Notes: a model not told the origin generated them from the letters alone. A stretch of DNA of 64,000 nucleotides from Planctomycetaceae bacterium (GCA_041749515.1 JBGTBF010000043.1:85526-149525), one strand, 5' to 3'. Shown: positions 18,794 through 29,104, counted from the first letter of the stretch. Translations and numbers: made by a program.

Positions 18794-21220
18794 TTATGCA
18801 AGCTTGAGGAGCTTTCTTGTTAACCACTCGATTGAGAGTAGTCCCGCCAACATGAACATCAGCCATTTTCGGTCCCAGAGTTCTTTGATCTGTTGATCAA
18901 TCACGATGGACTCGCCTTGATGTGGCAAGAATGCTGGAACTTTTTCCGCTGCTTCAGAGAGCGAAACGTATTCGCCACCAGTTCCATCGACGAGCCGCTT
19001 CAACACTGGCACTTCCTGGATCAGCGAGGCTGCTTCTTGGCGAGGGAGTTTGACGTCCAGTTCCAGCTTCAGGTTTTCGGTCGATTCAGGAACGACGTAT
19101 TCTAACCGATACCGGCCAGGAACGCTCGGTCTGAAATCCCCGACGTATTCTGCCAATCGAACACGATCGCGGATCAATTCTGGACCGGGAATCATGGCTT
19201 TTCCATCGGGTCCGTATGCCTCTAACTGAATCTCATTGGCTGTCAGTGGTTCGAATTGTGGATTCAACGCCCGCAATCGCAGCGGAATTGTATTGCCCAG
19301 TTCAAACTCTCGACCTTCGGTGATAAACAGGCTTCTTTGCAAGCCGCGTTTTGAGCGTCCTTCTGCGGCTTTGCGAACAGACTTGATCCAGAAACGTTCA
19401 AAGTAGGCTTCATCGATTTCTCGCAACCGCCACATTTCAGGACTGCCCAGATAGAGCACTTGTCCCTGTCCATAGCGTTGACCTGCGATCAGGATTGGTT
19501 GACCAGCGGGACCGCGCGAAAGTGGATCGGTGAACTCGGCGTAAATTGTTGTCCCTGCTTTTGGACTCCGTGTCGGGTAACAACGATACACTCCCGAGAA
19601 TTCTTCCCAGGCTGACGCTTCTCCACTTTCTGCGAGCTTCAAAAACTCAGCCACTTCGCCCTCTTGGGTCAAGCCAACGCGGTAAGCGGTCTCGGCTTTT
19701 TCTCGCGCGCCTAAACTTAAGCTGACTTCCTCAAGTTGCACAGGGTACAAGCGGCGCACTGCATCTAACTCGGTTCTGGCTGCCAGTTCGGGAGTAAACA
19801 CATCACCAGCGACCGCCAACATCCCGCCCCCTTCGTTACTGATCCAGTCGGTTAACAGTTGGACTTGCTCCGTGCTCAATGCTGACCAATCGGGGTCAAA
19901 TGCCAACAGCGCATCGTACTCGTACAGTTTTTCTTTGGTTGCAGGAAAACTCAGCAACAGGTTGTCCGCTTCCTGAGAAATCCCGACATCGCCACTTTGC
20001 AACCACACATCGATTTCAATCGACGGATGCCGGTACAATGTCGTTCGGGCAAAACGATAATCCCGCATCGGCCCTCCAGCGACGATCAACACCTTGAGCG
20101 GACGATCGAAGATATTCACTTTACGAGAGTCTTGATTGTCATCGCTACGCGTTTCTGAACCGTTCAGCATGGCTGCTCGAACGGTGTACTCATACTCCCC
20201 AGCTTCGCCGGGCTTCAGGTCAAACACAACTTCTAATAAGCCGTTCTCCGGTAAGCTGCGGTTTTCTGAATTGACAACAATCGCTTCAGCGTCGTTTGGT
20301 CCTTGTTGCAGCAGGTCAACGCGAACATCCTGTCCGTCAATCCCTTGTCCTCCAATGATGGCGGACAGTTCAAAGGCATCTCCTTTTTGTACATCCGTGG
20401 GGGCGATGATTCTGGTGAGTTCCAGATTGACCGGCGGATCGGTCGAACCGACTCCCACAGCAACCAGCCGCACACCATCTTCCACTGCACGTTGCCGAGC
20501 GGAGATCACATCCCGACCCGCGTTCGAGGCTCCATCGGTAATGATGACTACGCCAGCCAGCGTCGGTGATTTCGCTTCAACCAACAGTGTGTCGAGCGAA
20601 TCCCCCAGTCGCGTTGTGTGTCCTGAAGACGCCAGCAACTCTTCCCAATTTGTGGCCTCAACAGCAAGAGGCTCGGTGCTGTTTTCGTTCGCAGAAGATA
20701 ACTCCTTCGGTTTGAACAAACTCGGTAATCTCAGATGCAGTTCGCTGAGATCACTATTAAACGTGTATACATCAACGGTATGTTCACCCTGTAGTTCAGT
20801 GAGAAGTTTTGAATCTGCGAGTAACTTACGAACAGCTTCGGAGCGTGTTACCGGGGACGTTCCAGAACTCTCGCGCGGATCACTTTCTGGTTGCTGCATC
20901 GACGTTGATGTATCGACAAGCACGATTACGCGTGAAGCACGGTAGGCATCGGTCTGGGTGCGGATGTGTGGATTGAGAGCGATAATCAAACCGACGATGA
21001 GGAACGCGATTCTTAACAACGACAGAAAAACAGACCAACCACGTCCCAATCGCGAGGTATCTCGCCATGTGAACCAGACCGTTGTGGCAAGGGCCATCAA
21101 TAGCAGAATAACCGGTATCCATTCAGCGAATGTATACGGCCAATCCAGTTCCAAACTGGAGGAAGTTGCCGGACCGGTTGTTTGGGCTAATAGAAAAATG
21201 GACACGCAGGCTTCGATCAA
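18794..21220 (-). CDS. Membrane-anchored von Willebrand factor A (VWA) domain protein, BatA/BatB-like
   Basis: Two N-terminal TM helices. VWA/MIDAS-like region (VIVLVDTSTSM ... VVIITDGASNAG). Large C-terminal extension. 808 aa. Confidence 0.7.
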   Translation of the reverse strand: MIEACVSIFLLAQTTGPATSSSLELDWPYTFAEWIPVILLLMALATTVWFTWRDTSRLGRGWSVFLSLLRIAFLIVGLIIALNPHIRTQTDAYRASRVIVLVDTSTSMQQPESDPRESSGTSPVTRSEAVRKLLADSKLLTELQGEHTVDVYTFNSDLSELHLRLPSLFKPKELSSANENSTEPLAVEATNWEELLASSGHTTRLGDSLDTLLVEAKSPTLAGVVIITDGASNAGRDVISARQRAVEDGVRLVAVGVGSTDPPVNLELTRIIAPTDVQKGDAFELSAIIGGQGIDGQDVRVDLLQQGPNDAEAIVVNSENRSLPENGLLEVVFDLKPGEAGEYEYTVRAAMLNGSETRSDDNQDSRKVNIFDRPLKVLIVAGGPMRDYRFARTTLYRHPSIEIDVWLQSGDVGISQEADNLLLSFPATKEKLYEYDALLAFDPDWSALSTEQVQLLTDWISNEGGGMLAVAGDVFTPELAARTELDAVRRLYPVQLEEVSLSLGAREKAETAYRVGLTQEGEVAEFLKLAESGEASAWEEFSGVYRCYPTRSPKAGTTIYAEFTDPLSRGPAGQPILIAGQRYGQGQVLYLGSPEMWRLREIDEAYFERFWIKSVRKAAEGRSKRGLQRSLFITEGREFELGNTIPLRLRALNPQFEPLTANEIQLEAYGPDGKAMIPGPELIRDRVRLAEYVGDFRPSVPGRYRLEYVVPESTENLKLELDVKLPRQEAASLIQEVPVLKRLVDGTGGEYVSLSEAAEKVPAFLPHQGESIVIDQQIKELWDRKWLMFMLAGLLSIEWLTRKLLKLA

Positions 21221-21475
21221 TCGGATGAAACAGAATAAAGGTAGATCATCGATTGTTAGGACGTTCGCTGCAAGGTTGAAGGGGAAGTTGTTCGTCCAGC
21301 TCTAGATAAGTTGATTATTCAATCAACCCAAAGAGACGTAAGTTGGCGAATTTTTAGGGCGGTCTCTGAGTTGTGGCGAATCTTGAATGCAAGTGTTAAG
21401 CTTCAATTATCAGTGAATTTGTTTACTCTATGGCTGGTCGCAGGATTGATCAGTCACTTATAAGGTCTGATATCG

Positions 21476-22468
21476 ATGCCAAAGTCCCTTGACGTTTCAC
21501 CAATCACACTCGATTCGCAACGTCATGACAACGGAAGTCTGTTTCCGTTCATTTTGAAGTGTCAATCATCCGCTGTCGGTTATGATGATATTGATGCTTG
21601 GGTAGCAGCCCATCAGTCCGAATTGGATGCACAACTGAGTGAGCATGGAGCCATTCTCTTTCGCGGTTTCCCAATTGCGAATGTGGAAGATTTTGACCGT
21701 TTTATTAGAGCGTTCAATTATCCGAATTTTAAGTATGAGGATTCGCTATCCAATGCGGTGCGGGTTGTCAAAACGGATCGGGTATTTACTGCGAATGAAG
21801 CTCCGCCGGAAGTAACAATTTTCTTTCATCACGAGATGGCACAAACCCCGGTCTATCCCAGCAAGCTCTTTTTCTTTTGCGAGAAAGCCGCCGAAACTGG
21901 CGGAGCGACGCCCCTGTGCCGCTCGGATGTACTCTTCCAGTTGATGCAGCAAGAAACGCCGCAGTTTGCCAAAGATTGCGAGGAGAAAGGTCTCAAATAC
22001 ACCAACGTTATGCCTGCTGCGAACGATGCCAATTCCGGGATGGGTCGCAGTTGGCAAAGCACTCTGCGGTCTGAAACCCGAGAACAGGCAGAAGCTCGCT
22101 TGCAACAGCTCAATTACACGTGGGAGTGGCTGGAAGATGGTTGTTTGAAGGTGATAACCCCGGTACTCCCTGCTGTACGAGAACTTGGTGGCGATCGTAA
22201 ATCGTTCTTTAACCAACTCATTGCTGCGTTTAAAGGTTGGAAAGACGACCGAAACGACCCGTCGAAATCAATCACTTTTGGCGATGGAACTCCGCTTGAT
22301 ACCGCTGCGGTTATGAAATGTGCAGATCTCGCAGACGAAATCACCTTTGACATCCCGTGGCAAGCTGGCGATGTAGCCCTTGTTGACAATTACAGCACGA
22401 TGCACGCACGCCGCACATTTACCGGCACTAGAAAGGTGATGGCCTCTTTGGTTGCTGGGGAATGTTGA
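21476..22468 (+). CDS. TauD/TfdA-family Fe(II)/2-oxoglutarate-dependent dioxygenase (SyrP-like)
   Basis: 330 aa. Facial-triad candidates FFHHEMA ... TMHARR. Overall pattern matches the taurine catabolism dioxygenase family. Confidence 0.75.
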   Translation: MPKSLDVSPITLDSQRHDNGSLFPFILKCQSSAVGYDDIDAWVAAHQSELDAQLSEHGAILFRGFPIANVEDFDRFIRAFNYPNFKYEDSLSNAVRVVKTDRVFTANEAPPEVTIFFHHEMAQTPVYPSKLFFFCEKAAETGGATPLCRSDVLFQLMQQETPQFAKDCEEKGLKYTNVMPAANDANSGMGRSWQSTLRSETREQAEARLQQLNYTWEWLEDGCLKVITPVLPAVRELGGDRKSFFNQLIAAFKGWKDDRNDPSKSITFGDGTPLDTAAVMKCADLADEITFDIPWQAGDVALVDNYSTMHARRTFTGTRKVMASLVAGEC

Positions 22469-22589
22469 AACACTTAGTACGTTATCCCAACATTTGTGAC
22501 AATAGATCGTAACCTGCTATTTCAGTTCATCTTATCAGATAAAACCGCAGTTGACTTAAACGTGTTCGATCAATTAGATGTCAGCGCAT

Positions 22590-22623
22590 AAAAAAAGCCG
22601 CAGGAGCGGGCAACACCTGCGGC
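22590..22623 (-). terminator. Rho-independent terminator read on the minus strand, downstream of tRNA-Cys
   Basis: Stem gccgcagg/cctgcggc. On the minus strand the hairpin is followed by a run of 7 T (the aaaaaaa at 22590-22596). Confidence 0.5.
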
Positions 22624-22836
22624 TAAAAGGGAAACTTCTTGGACGGGCCTGACCAAGGTCTCGACCTTATCGTCTTGCGACGACACTCTTATTTTACGCG
22701 ATCAAAACCGTTTGCCAAGATGCATATGCAACCTTTTTGTAAATTTTCAATAAAGGTTACCGCAAGCAGTGTATTATAATGCAACAATATTCCCGTATGT
22801 GCTGTCTTTTAACCAGAAAAGACTAAAGAAAAAAAG

Positions 22837-22911
22837 AGGCGCAGCCCGGATTCGAACCGGGGAAATAACGGATTTGCAATCCGTCGCCTTGGGCCACTTG
22901 GCTACTGCGCC
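22837..22911 (-). tRNA. tRNA-Cys (anticodon GCA)
   Basis: Reverse complement reads GGCGCAG...ACGGA-TTGCAAA-TCCGT...CCCGG-TTCGAAT-CCGGG-CTGCGCC-T. Acceptor stem is perfect, anticodon loop is TTGCAAA, discriminator is U. Matches the E. coli tRNA-Cys layout. Confidence 0.9.
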
Positions 22912-23295
22912 TGTCGTGCTAGTTTCATCGGATCATCGACAACGGAACTTTCGATAAATCTGCTGAAATCTCTTCATCAAGCAGGAGGCGGATGATAACG
23001 CTAGTCAATCTAACCGTCAAACCCTGCCTAACCCTTTCAAGTTGAAGCAAACTAACGTCCAAATGAAAGACCGTCAATCTCAATAACGGGTTCGATCAAA
23101 CATTCCCGATGTCAGTGCCCTTTTTGCCAGTCTTCCACTTTTTTAAGTTTCGTTTTTGTGGAAGGAAGGCTATTGATAACAGATAATTTCTTACCACAGT
23201 TTTTCTGTCTCACGTTGCAAGGTGGTAGAACATCTGATCTTCAGGAGCTACTCTCTGTCAAAAACAAAACTTGAAACACATTTGGGAGAGCTACG

Positions 23296-24027
23296 ATGTC
23301 GCGTCATGATGGTCGCCTTTCGGATCAATTGCGTCCGATACATATTGAACGAAACTACTATGGTGCTGCTGCTGGTCGCATTCTGATTCAGGCCGGAAAC
23401 ACGACAGTGCTTTGCACTGCAAGTGTGAGTGAGGACCTTCCGCCGTGGAAAAAACGTGAAGAGAATCCAACCGGTTGGGTCTCTGCTGAATACAACATGC
23501 TGCCGGGCTCTACATCGCCGCGAAAAGACAGACGCACGGATGGGCGGGGGACGGAGATACAACGCTTGATTGGTCGCAGCTTACGTGCTGTCGTCGATTT
23601 TCAGGCGCTGGGGCCTCGCATGGTCACCGTCGATTGCGATGTATTGCAAGCTGACGGTGGGACCAGAACACTGAGCATCACCGGCGGATTTATTGCCCTG
23701 GTCGATGCTCTTGCGGCGGTTGAACAACCTGATTACGACTACAAAAAAGTTTTCACAGACACTCTTGCAGCGGTCAGTGTTGGTGTCTTGAATGGTGTTC
23801 CGATCCTCGATCTGGACTATCCAGAGGATTTCGGAGCTGCGGTTGATATGAATGTGGTCATGACCGGCACCGGAAAGTTTATTGAAATTCAAGGTACCGC
23901 CGAAGAAGAGGTTTTTGACCGCAAGATGCTCAATCAGCAGCTCGACCTGGCAGAGCTTGGAATTGCGCAACTCACATTACTGCAAAGAGAAGCGCTCGGC
24001 GATAAATGGCCTATGGACACAGTTTGA
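23296..24027 (+). CDS. rph: Ribonuclease PH
   Basis: [21 protein letters not shown]...GSTSPR...[22 protein letters not shown]. Full-length RNase PH, 243 aa. Confidence 0.9.
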   Translation: MSRHDGRLSDQLRPIHIERNYYGAAAGRILIQAGNTTVLCTASVSEDLPPWKKREENPTGWVSAEYNMLPGSTSPRKDRRTDGRGTEIQRLIGRSLRAVVDFQALGPRMVTVDCDVLQADGGTRTLSITGGFIALVDALAAVEQPDYDYKKVFTDTLAAVSVGVLNGVPILDLDYPEDFGAAVDMNVVMTGTGKFIEIQGTAEEEVFDRKMLNQQLDLAELGIAQLTLLQREALGDKWPMDTV

Positions 24028-24203
24028 ATTTCTTGATACAAAACCGCTCCTGTCAAAATCATTTCACAAATTCCTACCTTACTTATTGAAGACAATCCGT
24101 ATTTTCACGGACCTGTCTTCAGTTCAAAACGTGTTCCCCAGAGTCGATCAACGGGCGTTCGCCTGACATCGATTCAATAGTCACACAGCACACGGAGCGT
24201 GCC

Positions 24204-25238
24204 ATGCGATCACTTCTAAAACCAATTCTCAACCTGTTTTTAGTTTCAATTTGCATCTCAACAAATTGCGAAGCTGCCAGAATCGAAGCGGACCCGAACA
24301 AGGAATACGTCCTTTCAAAGAATCGGGGGCCATGGATGATTATGGTGGCAACGTTCCACAGTAGTTCTGATGACGGCTCGACTACCGAAGGCAAGTCGCC
24401 TCAACAGGCAGCCAGCGAATTGGTGTTAGAACTCCGTAACCTCGGCATGCCTGCTTACTCATACAGCTATGATCCTTCCAAAGAAACAGTGACTGTCACT
24501 GACCGTTTGGGACGAGAAGAAAGTCGCAAGAACCTTCGCCGCATCCGTTCGATCTGCGTATTGGCCGGGAATTACACCGACATTAACGACAAAAATGCTC
24601 AAGCATCTTTGGAGTGGATCAAAAAGACAAATCCCAAATGCTTGCGAGAAGGCGTTACATACACGCCGACTCCCGGTCGCCCTGGACCGTTGAGCGGTGC
24701 GTTTCTCACTCCCAACCCAATGCTGTCTGCCGAAGAAATCGAACAACACACGCAAGACCCCTTGCTTGTTCGCTTGAACAATGGCGAACGCTTTTCACTT
24801 TATGAAAACAAGGGTGAATACACGTTAGTTGTCGCTCGTTTCTATGGAAAATCTGTTGCAGCAGCAGCAGACACAAAGTCTGTGAAAGACTTTTTTACAG
24901 ACCAGGACCTCGACAACGCCGGAGAAGCTGCCAGAGAATTGGTGGCTGTACTACGCGGCAACTTTGACAAGGAAACCGGTTTCAATAATGTGGAAGCCTA
25001 CGTCTGGCACGATCACCATGAATCCATTGTAACCGTCGGTTCGTTTGCTTCTTTGAACGACCCGGAACTTGCGCGTTTGCAAACAATGTTCGGTCCCAAA
25101 ATGAAAACCGTCAATGGAACACAAACCTTCCAGGCAGAGCACTATGGCATCAAAGGATTCGGCAAGAACGGCGACGAATCACGGTTGTGGCTCTTTGAAC
25201 CCAACCTGCTTACAATGCGTGTGCCAAAGATGCGCTAA
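24204..25238 (+). CDS. Secreted protein with two tandem SPOR-like (RNP-fold, peptidoglycan-binding-like) modules
   Basis: Signal peptide (LFLVSICISTNCEA). Two repeats fitting the beta-alpha-beta-beta-alpha-beta SPOR pattern: WMIMVATF...AASELVLELRNLG...AYSYSY...ICVLAGNYTD...AQASLEWIKK, then YTLVVARF...ARELVAVLRGN...AYVWHD...IVTVGSFASLND...LARLQTMF. The family call is by eye only. Confidence 0.45.
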   Translation: MRSLLKPILNLFLVSICISTNCEAARIEADPNKEYVLSKNRGPWMIMVATFHSSSDDGSTTEGKSPQQAASELVLELRNLGMPAYSYSYDPSKETVTVTDRLGREESRKNLRRIRSICVLAGNYTDINDKNAQASLEWIKKTNPKCLREGVTYTPTPGRPGPLSGAFLTPNPMLSAEEIEQHTQDPLLVRLNNGERFSLYENKGEYTLVVARFYGKSVAAAADTKSVKDFFTDQDLDNAGEAARELVAVLRGNFDKETGFNNVEAYVWHDHHESIVTVGSFASLNDPELARLQTMFGPKMKTVNGTQTFQAEHYGIKGFGKNGDESRLWLFEPNLLTMRVPKMR

Positions 25239-25316
25239 ATCAATAACTGCAGTCTAACAAGCTGCTCTCAGCCGCCACGATTTCATGAGGTGGTTGAGAC
25301 AAGCTTCAGACTCAGT

Positions 25317-26576
25317 TCACTTTTGCTCGATGCGGTACAACGCCGTTTCGCTTCTTAAGAGAATCGCTTGACCGTCGATGGCATACGAAGCGAACGTACG
25401 TTCTCCATCAGCAAGGGAATTGCGAGACAGTTCCTTGAACGTGGTATCAGCAGCGACCACGATTGTTTTTCCCTCTTCATCCTGAAAATACACGTGGCCT
25501 TCTGCATATGTGGGCGAGGCTGAGAAGTTGCCGCCGAGACGTTCTTGCCAGTGTTCTACTCCGGTGAGGGCATTCAGGCAAGTGCCGATTCCTTTGTCGG
25601 AAACAACAAACAGGTTCTCATCGACCAGCAACACTGATGGAGAATGCGGAATGGCCCGATCGAGTTGCCAACGTACATTCGATTCGGTGATGTCTCCAGC
25701 TCCGGCTGGATCAATGGCATACAACACCGGCTTGTTGAAACCGGAACAGACAAAGACCAATCCGTTTCCGTAAATCGGGCGCGGAGTTACCGAGTATCCG
25801 TCGGGGTAGTTGACCCGCCAAATCTCTTTACCCGTTTGCGGATCATACGCAAACACCGCGTCACTGCCCGGACAAACCGCTTGCTGTTGACCATTCACAT
25901 CAATGACAAGTGGTGTCGAAAATGAAAAACCTTTCGTGGGTTCGGTGTCACGATCGGTTTTCCAGATTTCAGCACCTGAGTGCTTGTTCAGACCAGTTAC
26001 ATATTGTACATCATGCCCATCGCAACAAATAATTAACACATCCACAGCTAACGCGGGCGAACCTCCGTTGCCATGTGTCGGCGAATATGCCAGCTTTGTC
26101 TGCCATTGCACTTCCCCCTTTAAGTTGACGCAAGCTGTGCCGTGCGGACCGAAATGTGCATAGAGTTTGTCCCCTTCGATGATGGGGGTCGGACTGGCAT
26201 GAGAGTTCTTTTTATGAAACTCGACCTTACCGGTCTGTATGAATAGTTCGTTGTCCCACACTTTCTCACCGGTGTGTTTATTCAGGCAGAGAAGCCTTAG
26301 AGAATGATCTTTGTTTTCTGTATCATCCGATTCTAAGGGAACTGCGTTCGTCAGATAGATGAAGTCGCCAGAGACGACCGGTGAGGACCATGCCAGTCCT
26401 TGAATCTCTGTTTTCCAGGCAATATTCTCGGTGTCGCTCCAATTGATCGGTAACCCCGTCGCACTGGTACGACCTGCCCCGTCAGTTCCCCGAAACTCCA
26501 ACCAGTCTCCTTGCACTGAGAGTTGTGAACACAGCACGAGACACATGGCAAGACTAGGAATACGCAACACAAGCAT
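25317..26576 (-). CDS. PQQ-like beta-propeller repeat protein (BamB-like family), secreted
   Basis: Signal peptide. Repeated W/Y-rich blade motifs (…SSPVVSGDFIYL…, …IWRVNY…, …HWQERLGG…). 419 aa. Confidence 0.8.
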   Translation of the reverse strand: MLVLRIPSLAMCLVLCSQLSVQGDWLEFRGTDGAGRTSATGLPINWSDTENIAWKTEIQGLAWSSPVVSGDFIYLTNAVPLESDDTENKDHSLRLLCLNKHTGEKVWDNELFIQTGKVEFHKKNSHASPTPIIEGDKLYAHFGPHGTACVNLKGEVQWQTKLAYSPTHGNGGSPALAVDVLIICCDGHDVQYVTGLNKHSGAEIWKTDRDTEPTKGFSFSTPLVIDVNGQQQAVCPGSDAVFAYDPQTGKEIWRVNYPDGYSVTPRPIYGNGLVFVCSGFNKPVLYAIDPAGAGDITESNVRWQLDRAIPHSPSVLLVDENLFVVSDKGIGTCLNALTGVEHWQERLGGNFSASPTYAEGHVYFQDEEGKTIVVAADTTFKELSRNSLADGERTFASYAIDGQAILLRSETALYRIEQK

Positions 26577-27088
26577 CGGAGGGATCTCTCAAAAAAGGTA
26601 GGACAAAACTCAGAGCGGAACTCGCAGGACTTCTGGTGATTCACATCATAATTAAATTGGTCAATATCTTCTATAAACGGAAGGCCCTGCGTTTGCTGCG
26701 GGGTACATCCGCTGATTGGTGGTCGCTGATAAGTCCCTTCTCCCCACAATGGACGATCGATTTCTAAAAAACATTGCTGTGGAGAGAAAGTTAGGATGAA
26801 GGGAAAAGAGAAATCTTTCATTTTGCTTCACCCTTGCCCTCTCGCACATTGAACTCCAGAAGCAAATGAATGCGATCTTGTGGGAGAGGGGACAATCCAA
26901 TGTGACTCTGCACCACCTTTTAACGGATGCACCCTTTGCTGCGAGGATTTCACAAAAGAGGTTCGCTGGGATTTTGAAGAACATTTGTAATTCGCCCGGA
27001 ATATACGCACGCGGTTCTGGAACATCGTCGGCAACTTGTTTATCAATTAGAGAAGGCATTTTTTCCTGTAACACGAAACTGACGTTCA

Positions 27089-28474
27089 ATGGCTGATTTT
27101 AATTTAATTGTGATTGGTGGCGGTCCTGGCGGATATGTGGCTGCGATTCGGGCTGCTCAGTTGGGAAAAACTGTTGCAGTGGTGGAAGTTGAAAAACAGA
27201 TGGGCGGAACCTGCTTGAGAGTGGGTTGTATTCCTTCTAAAGCGTTGCTGGAAACGAGTCATCTGTATGAACAGGCCCATCACGGATACAAAGAGCGCGG
27301 GATCAGTATCGGCAATGTCGGGCTGAATGTTGGGGAGATGCTCACTCATAAACAGCAGGTTGTAGACGCGCTGGCGGGTGGGATTGATGGCTTGTTGAAG
27401 AAAAACAAGATCAAGCGGTTTTTGGGTTATGGTCGGATCGATGGCCCAGGCAAAGTCGTGATTGAAACGGATAAGAATTCCGAAACCATCTCGGCGGAAA
27501 CCATCATCATCGCAACCGGCAGCCAACCTGCCTCACTCCCCGGGATTGAGATCGACGGCACTTACGTCGGCAGCAGCACGGATGCCTTGTCCTATCAAGA
27601 GGTCCCGAAGAATCTGGTCGTCATCGGAGCGGGCTATATTGGTTTGGAAATGGGAACTGTCTGGAGGCGACTGGGTTCAAACGTTGTCGTATTGGAATAT
27701 CTGGATCGTATTTTGCCAGGGATGGACGCTGAGATTGCAAAAGATGCACTCAAGATTTTTAAGTCGCAAGGATTGGATTTTCGACTGGGAACGAAAGTGA
27801 CCGGTGTGAAGCGTAGTGGGAATGCGTGCGAAGTCGAGATCGAAGGAGCTGAATCAGTGAAGTGCGACCGCGTCTTGATGGCGGTCGGTCGTAAACCGAA
27901 CACACACAACCTGGGACTGGAAACGATTGGAGTCAACGTCGACAAACGCGGCTTTGTAGTCGTCGATCAACATTTGAAAACATCAGCAAATGGCGTGTAC
28001 GCAATTGGCGATGTGATTGGCGGAGCGATGTTGGCACACAAAGCAGAGGAAGAAGGAGTGGCCTGTGTCGAGGGTCTTTACAAGGGCTATGGACACGTCA
28101 ATTACGATGCCATTCCCGGCGTTGTCTATACCGAACCAGAGATCGCCACTGTTGGAAAAACCGAAGAGCAACTTACTGAAGCAGGTATCGAATACCGCAA
28201 AGGAACCTTCCCGTTCATGGCCAACGGACGCGCACGGGCGAGCGGTCACATGGAGGGAAAAGTCAAGATGCTGGCCGACGCCAAAACCGACCGTATTCTG
28301 GGAGTACACATCATTGGTGCCCACGCTGGCGAGATGATTACCGAAGCCGTCGCAGCAATCGAATTCGGAGCCACCAGCGAAGACATCGCCCGCTGCTCAC
28401 ACCCACACCCAACCCTCAGCGAGGCAATCAAAGAAGCCGCAATGGCCGTGGACAAACGAGCAATTCACTTTTAG
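27089..28474 (+). CDS. lpdA: Dihydrolipoyl dehydrogenase (E3, LpdA)
   Basis: FAD motif IVIGGGPGGYVAAIRAAQLG, redox-active disulfide GGTCLRVGCIPSK, NAD motif and C-terminal HPHPTLSE. 461 aa. Confidence 0.9.
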   Translation: MADFNLIVIGGGPGGYVAAIRAAQLGKTVAVVEVEKQMGGTCLRVGCIPSKALLETSHLYEQAHHGYKERGISIGNVGLNVGEMLTHKQQVVDALAGGIDGLLKKNKIKRFLGYGRIDGPGKVVIETDKNSETISAETIIIATGSQPASLPGIEIDGTYVGSSTDALSYQEVPKNLVVIGAGYIGLEMGTVWRRLGSNVVVLEYLDRILPGMDAEIAKDALKIFKSQGLDFRLGTKVTGVKRSGNACEVEIEGAESVKCDRVLMAVGRKPNTHNLGLETIGVNVDKRGFVVVDQHLKTSANGVYAIGDVIGGAMLAHKAEEEGVACVEGLYKGYGHVNYDAIPGVVYTEPEIATVGKTEEQLTEAGIEYRKGTFPFMANGRARASGHMEGKVKMLADAKTDRILGVHIIGAHAGEMITEAVAAIEFGATSEDIARCSHPHPTLSEAIKEAAMAVDKRAIHF

Positions 28475-28564
28475 AAATGATCGCAAGCGGATGTCCAGCA
28501 ACTCATGCATGCCAGAAAAACTGGCAGGTAACTGGGTGACCTTACGAAAATGATTATAAAAAAT

Positions 28565-28605
28565 GCTGCTTCCAACCACCTGATCTCAGATGGATGGAAG
28601 CAGCA
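28565..28605 (-). terminator. Hairpin terminator for the minus-strand gene 28676..29104; also lies just downstream of lpdA
   Basis: Perfect 11-bp arms tgctgcttcca/tggaagcagca. On the minus strand the hairpin is followed by a T run (aaaaaa at 28557-28563 on the plus strand). Confidence 0.5.
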
Positions 28606-28675
28606 GAGATATAAACAATCAGTAGAAGTTGCTTAGATTTCCAAGATCCAAACAAACAGTAAATCGGATAAGAAC

Positions 28676-29104
28676 TCAGAGTTCGATGCTTTCCAGAGCT
28701 TCTGACATGGGGGGAGCGGGTGGTCGGGCGGCGATGGTTGTTTCTGTTTCGATCGACTCACTCTGGCAGGAGGAGGGGCAACCGGTTGAAGCCATCTCGC
28801 AAGTTGCAGCCGTTTCACATGAAGATGAACAAGAGGACGCCGAGCAGCAGGCTGCTCTTGAAGCGTGGCAGGTTGAAGGTGAACTGGAATCAATCAGTTG
28901 GTCCACGCCGGGAATCGCGGTCAAATAATTGCTTAACTCGGGATTAGCTTGTACTGCCACAAGCCCACCCATTAATACAGCAGCAACGCTGTACATAGAG
29001 ATTCGCAAAAACGTTTTCAGCCCTGATCGCTGCGGAACCACTGGATTCTCAGTCATCTCGAACACTTCGGTGGGGGCATCATTTTGAATGTTTTCGGTCA
29101 TCAT
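28676..29104 (-). CDS. Hypothetical membrane-anchored protein with a Cys/Ser-rich C-terminal segment
   Basis: Strong RBS (ggagcaa) before ATGATG. One TM helix (YSVAAVLMGGLVAV). Cys-rich tail (CHASRAACCSASSCSSSCETAATCEMASTGCPSSC). A minus-strand terminator follows at 28565-28605. Confidence 0.55.
   Translation of the reverse strand: MMTENIQNDAPTEVFEMTENPVVPQRSGLKTFLRISMYSVAAVLMGGLVAVQANPELSNYLTAIPGVDQLIDSSSPSTCHASRAACCSASSCSSSCETAATCEMASTGCPSSCQSESIETETTIAARPPAPPMSEALESIEL

Noticed and set aside
20136-20945. 269-aa plus-strand ORF inside the VWA gene region
   Set aside because: Fully antisense to the 808-aa VWA gene, Ser/Thr/Arg-rich low-complexity translation, no RBS. A shadow ORF.
22769-22957. 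62-aa ORF
   Set aside because: Overlaps tRNA-Cys on the opposite strand. The translation is just the tRNA sequence read as protein.
26351-26821. 156-aa minus-strand ORF
   Set aside because: Overlaps the 5' end of the PQQ-propeller gene in another frame. Cys-rich nonsense translation.
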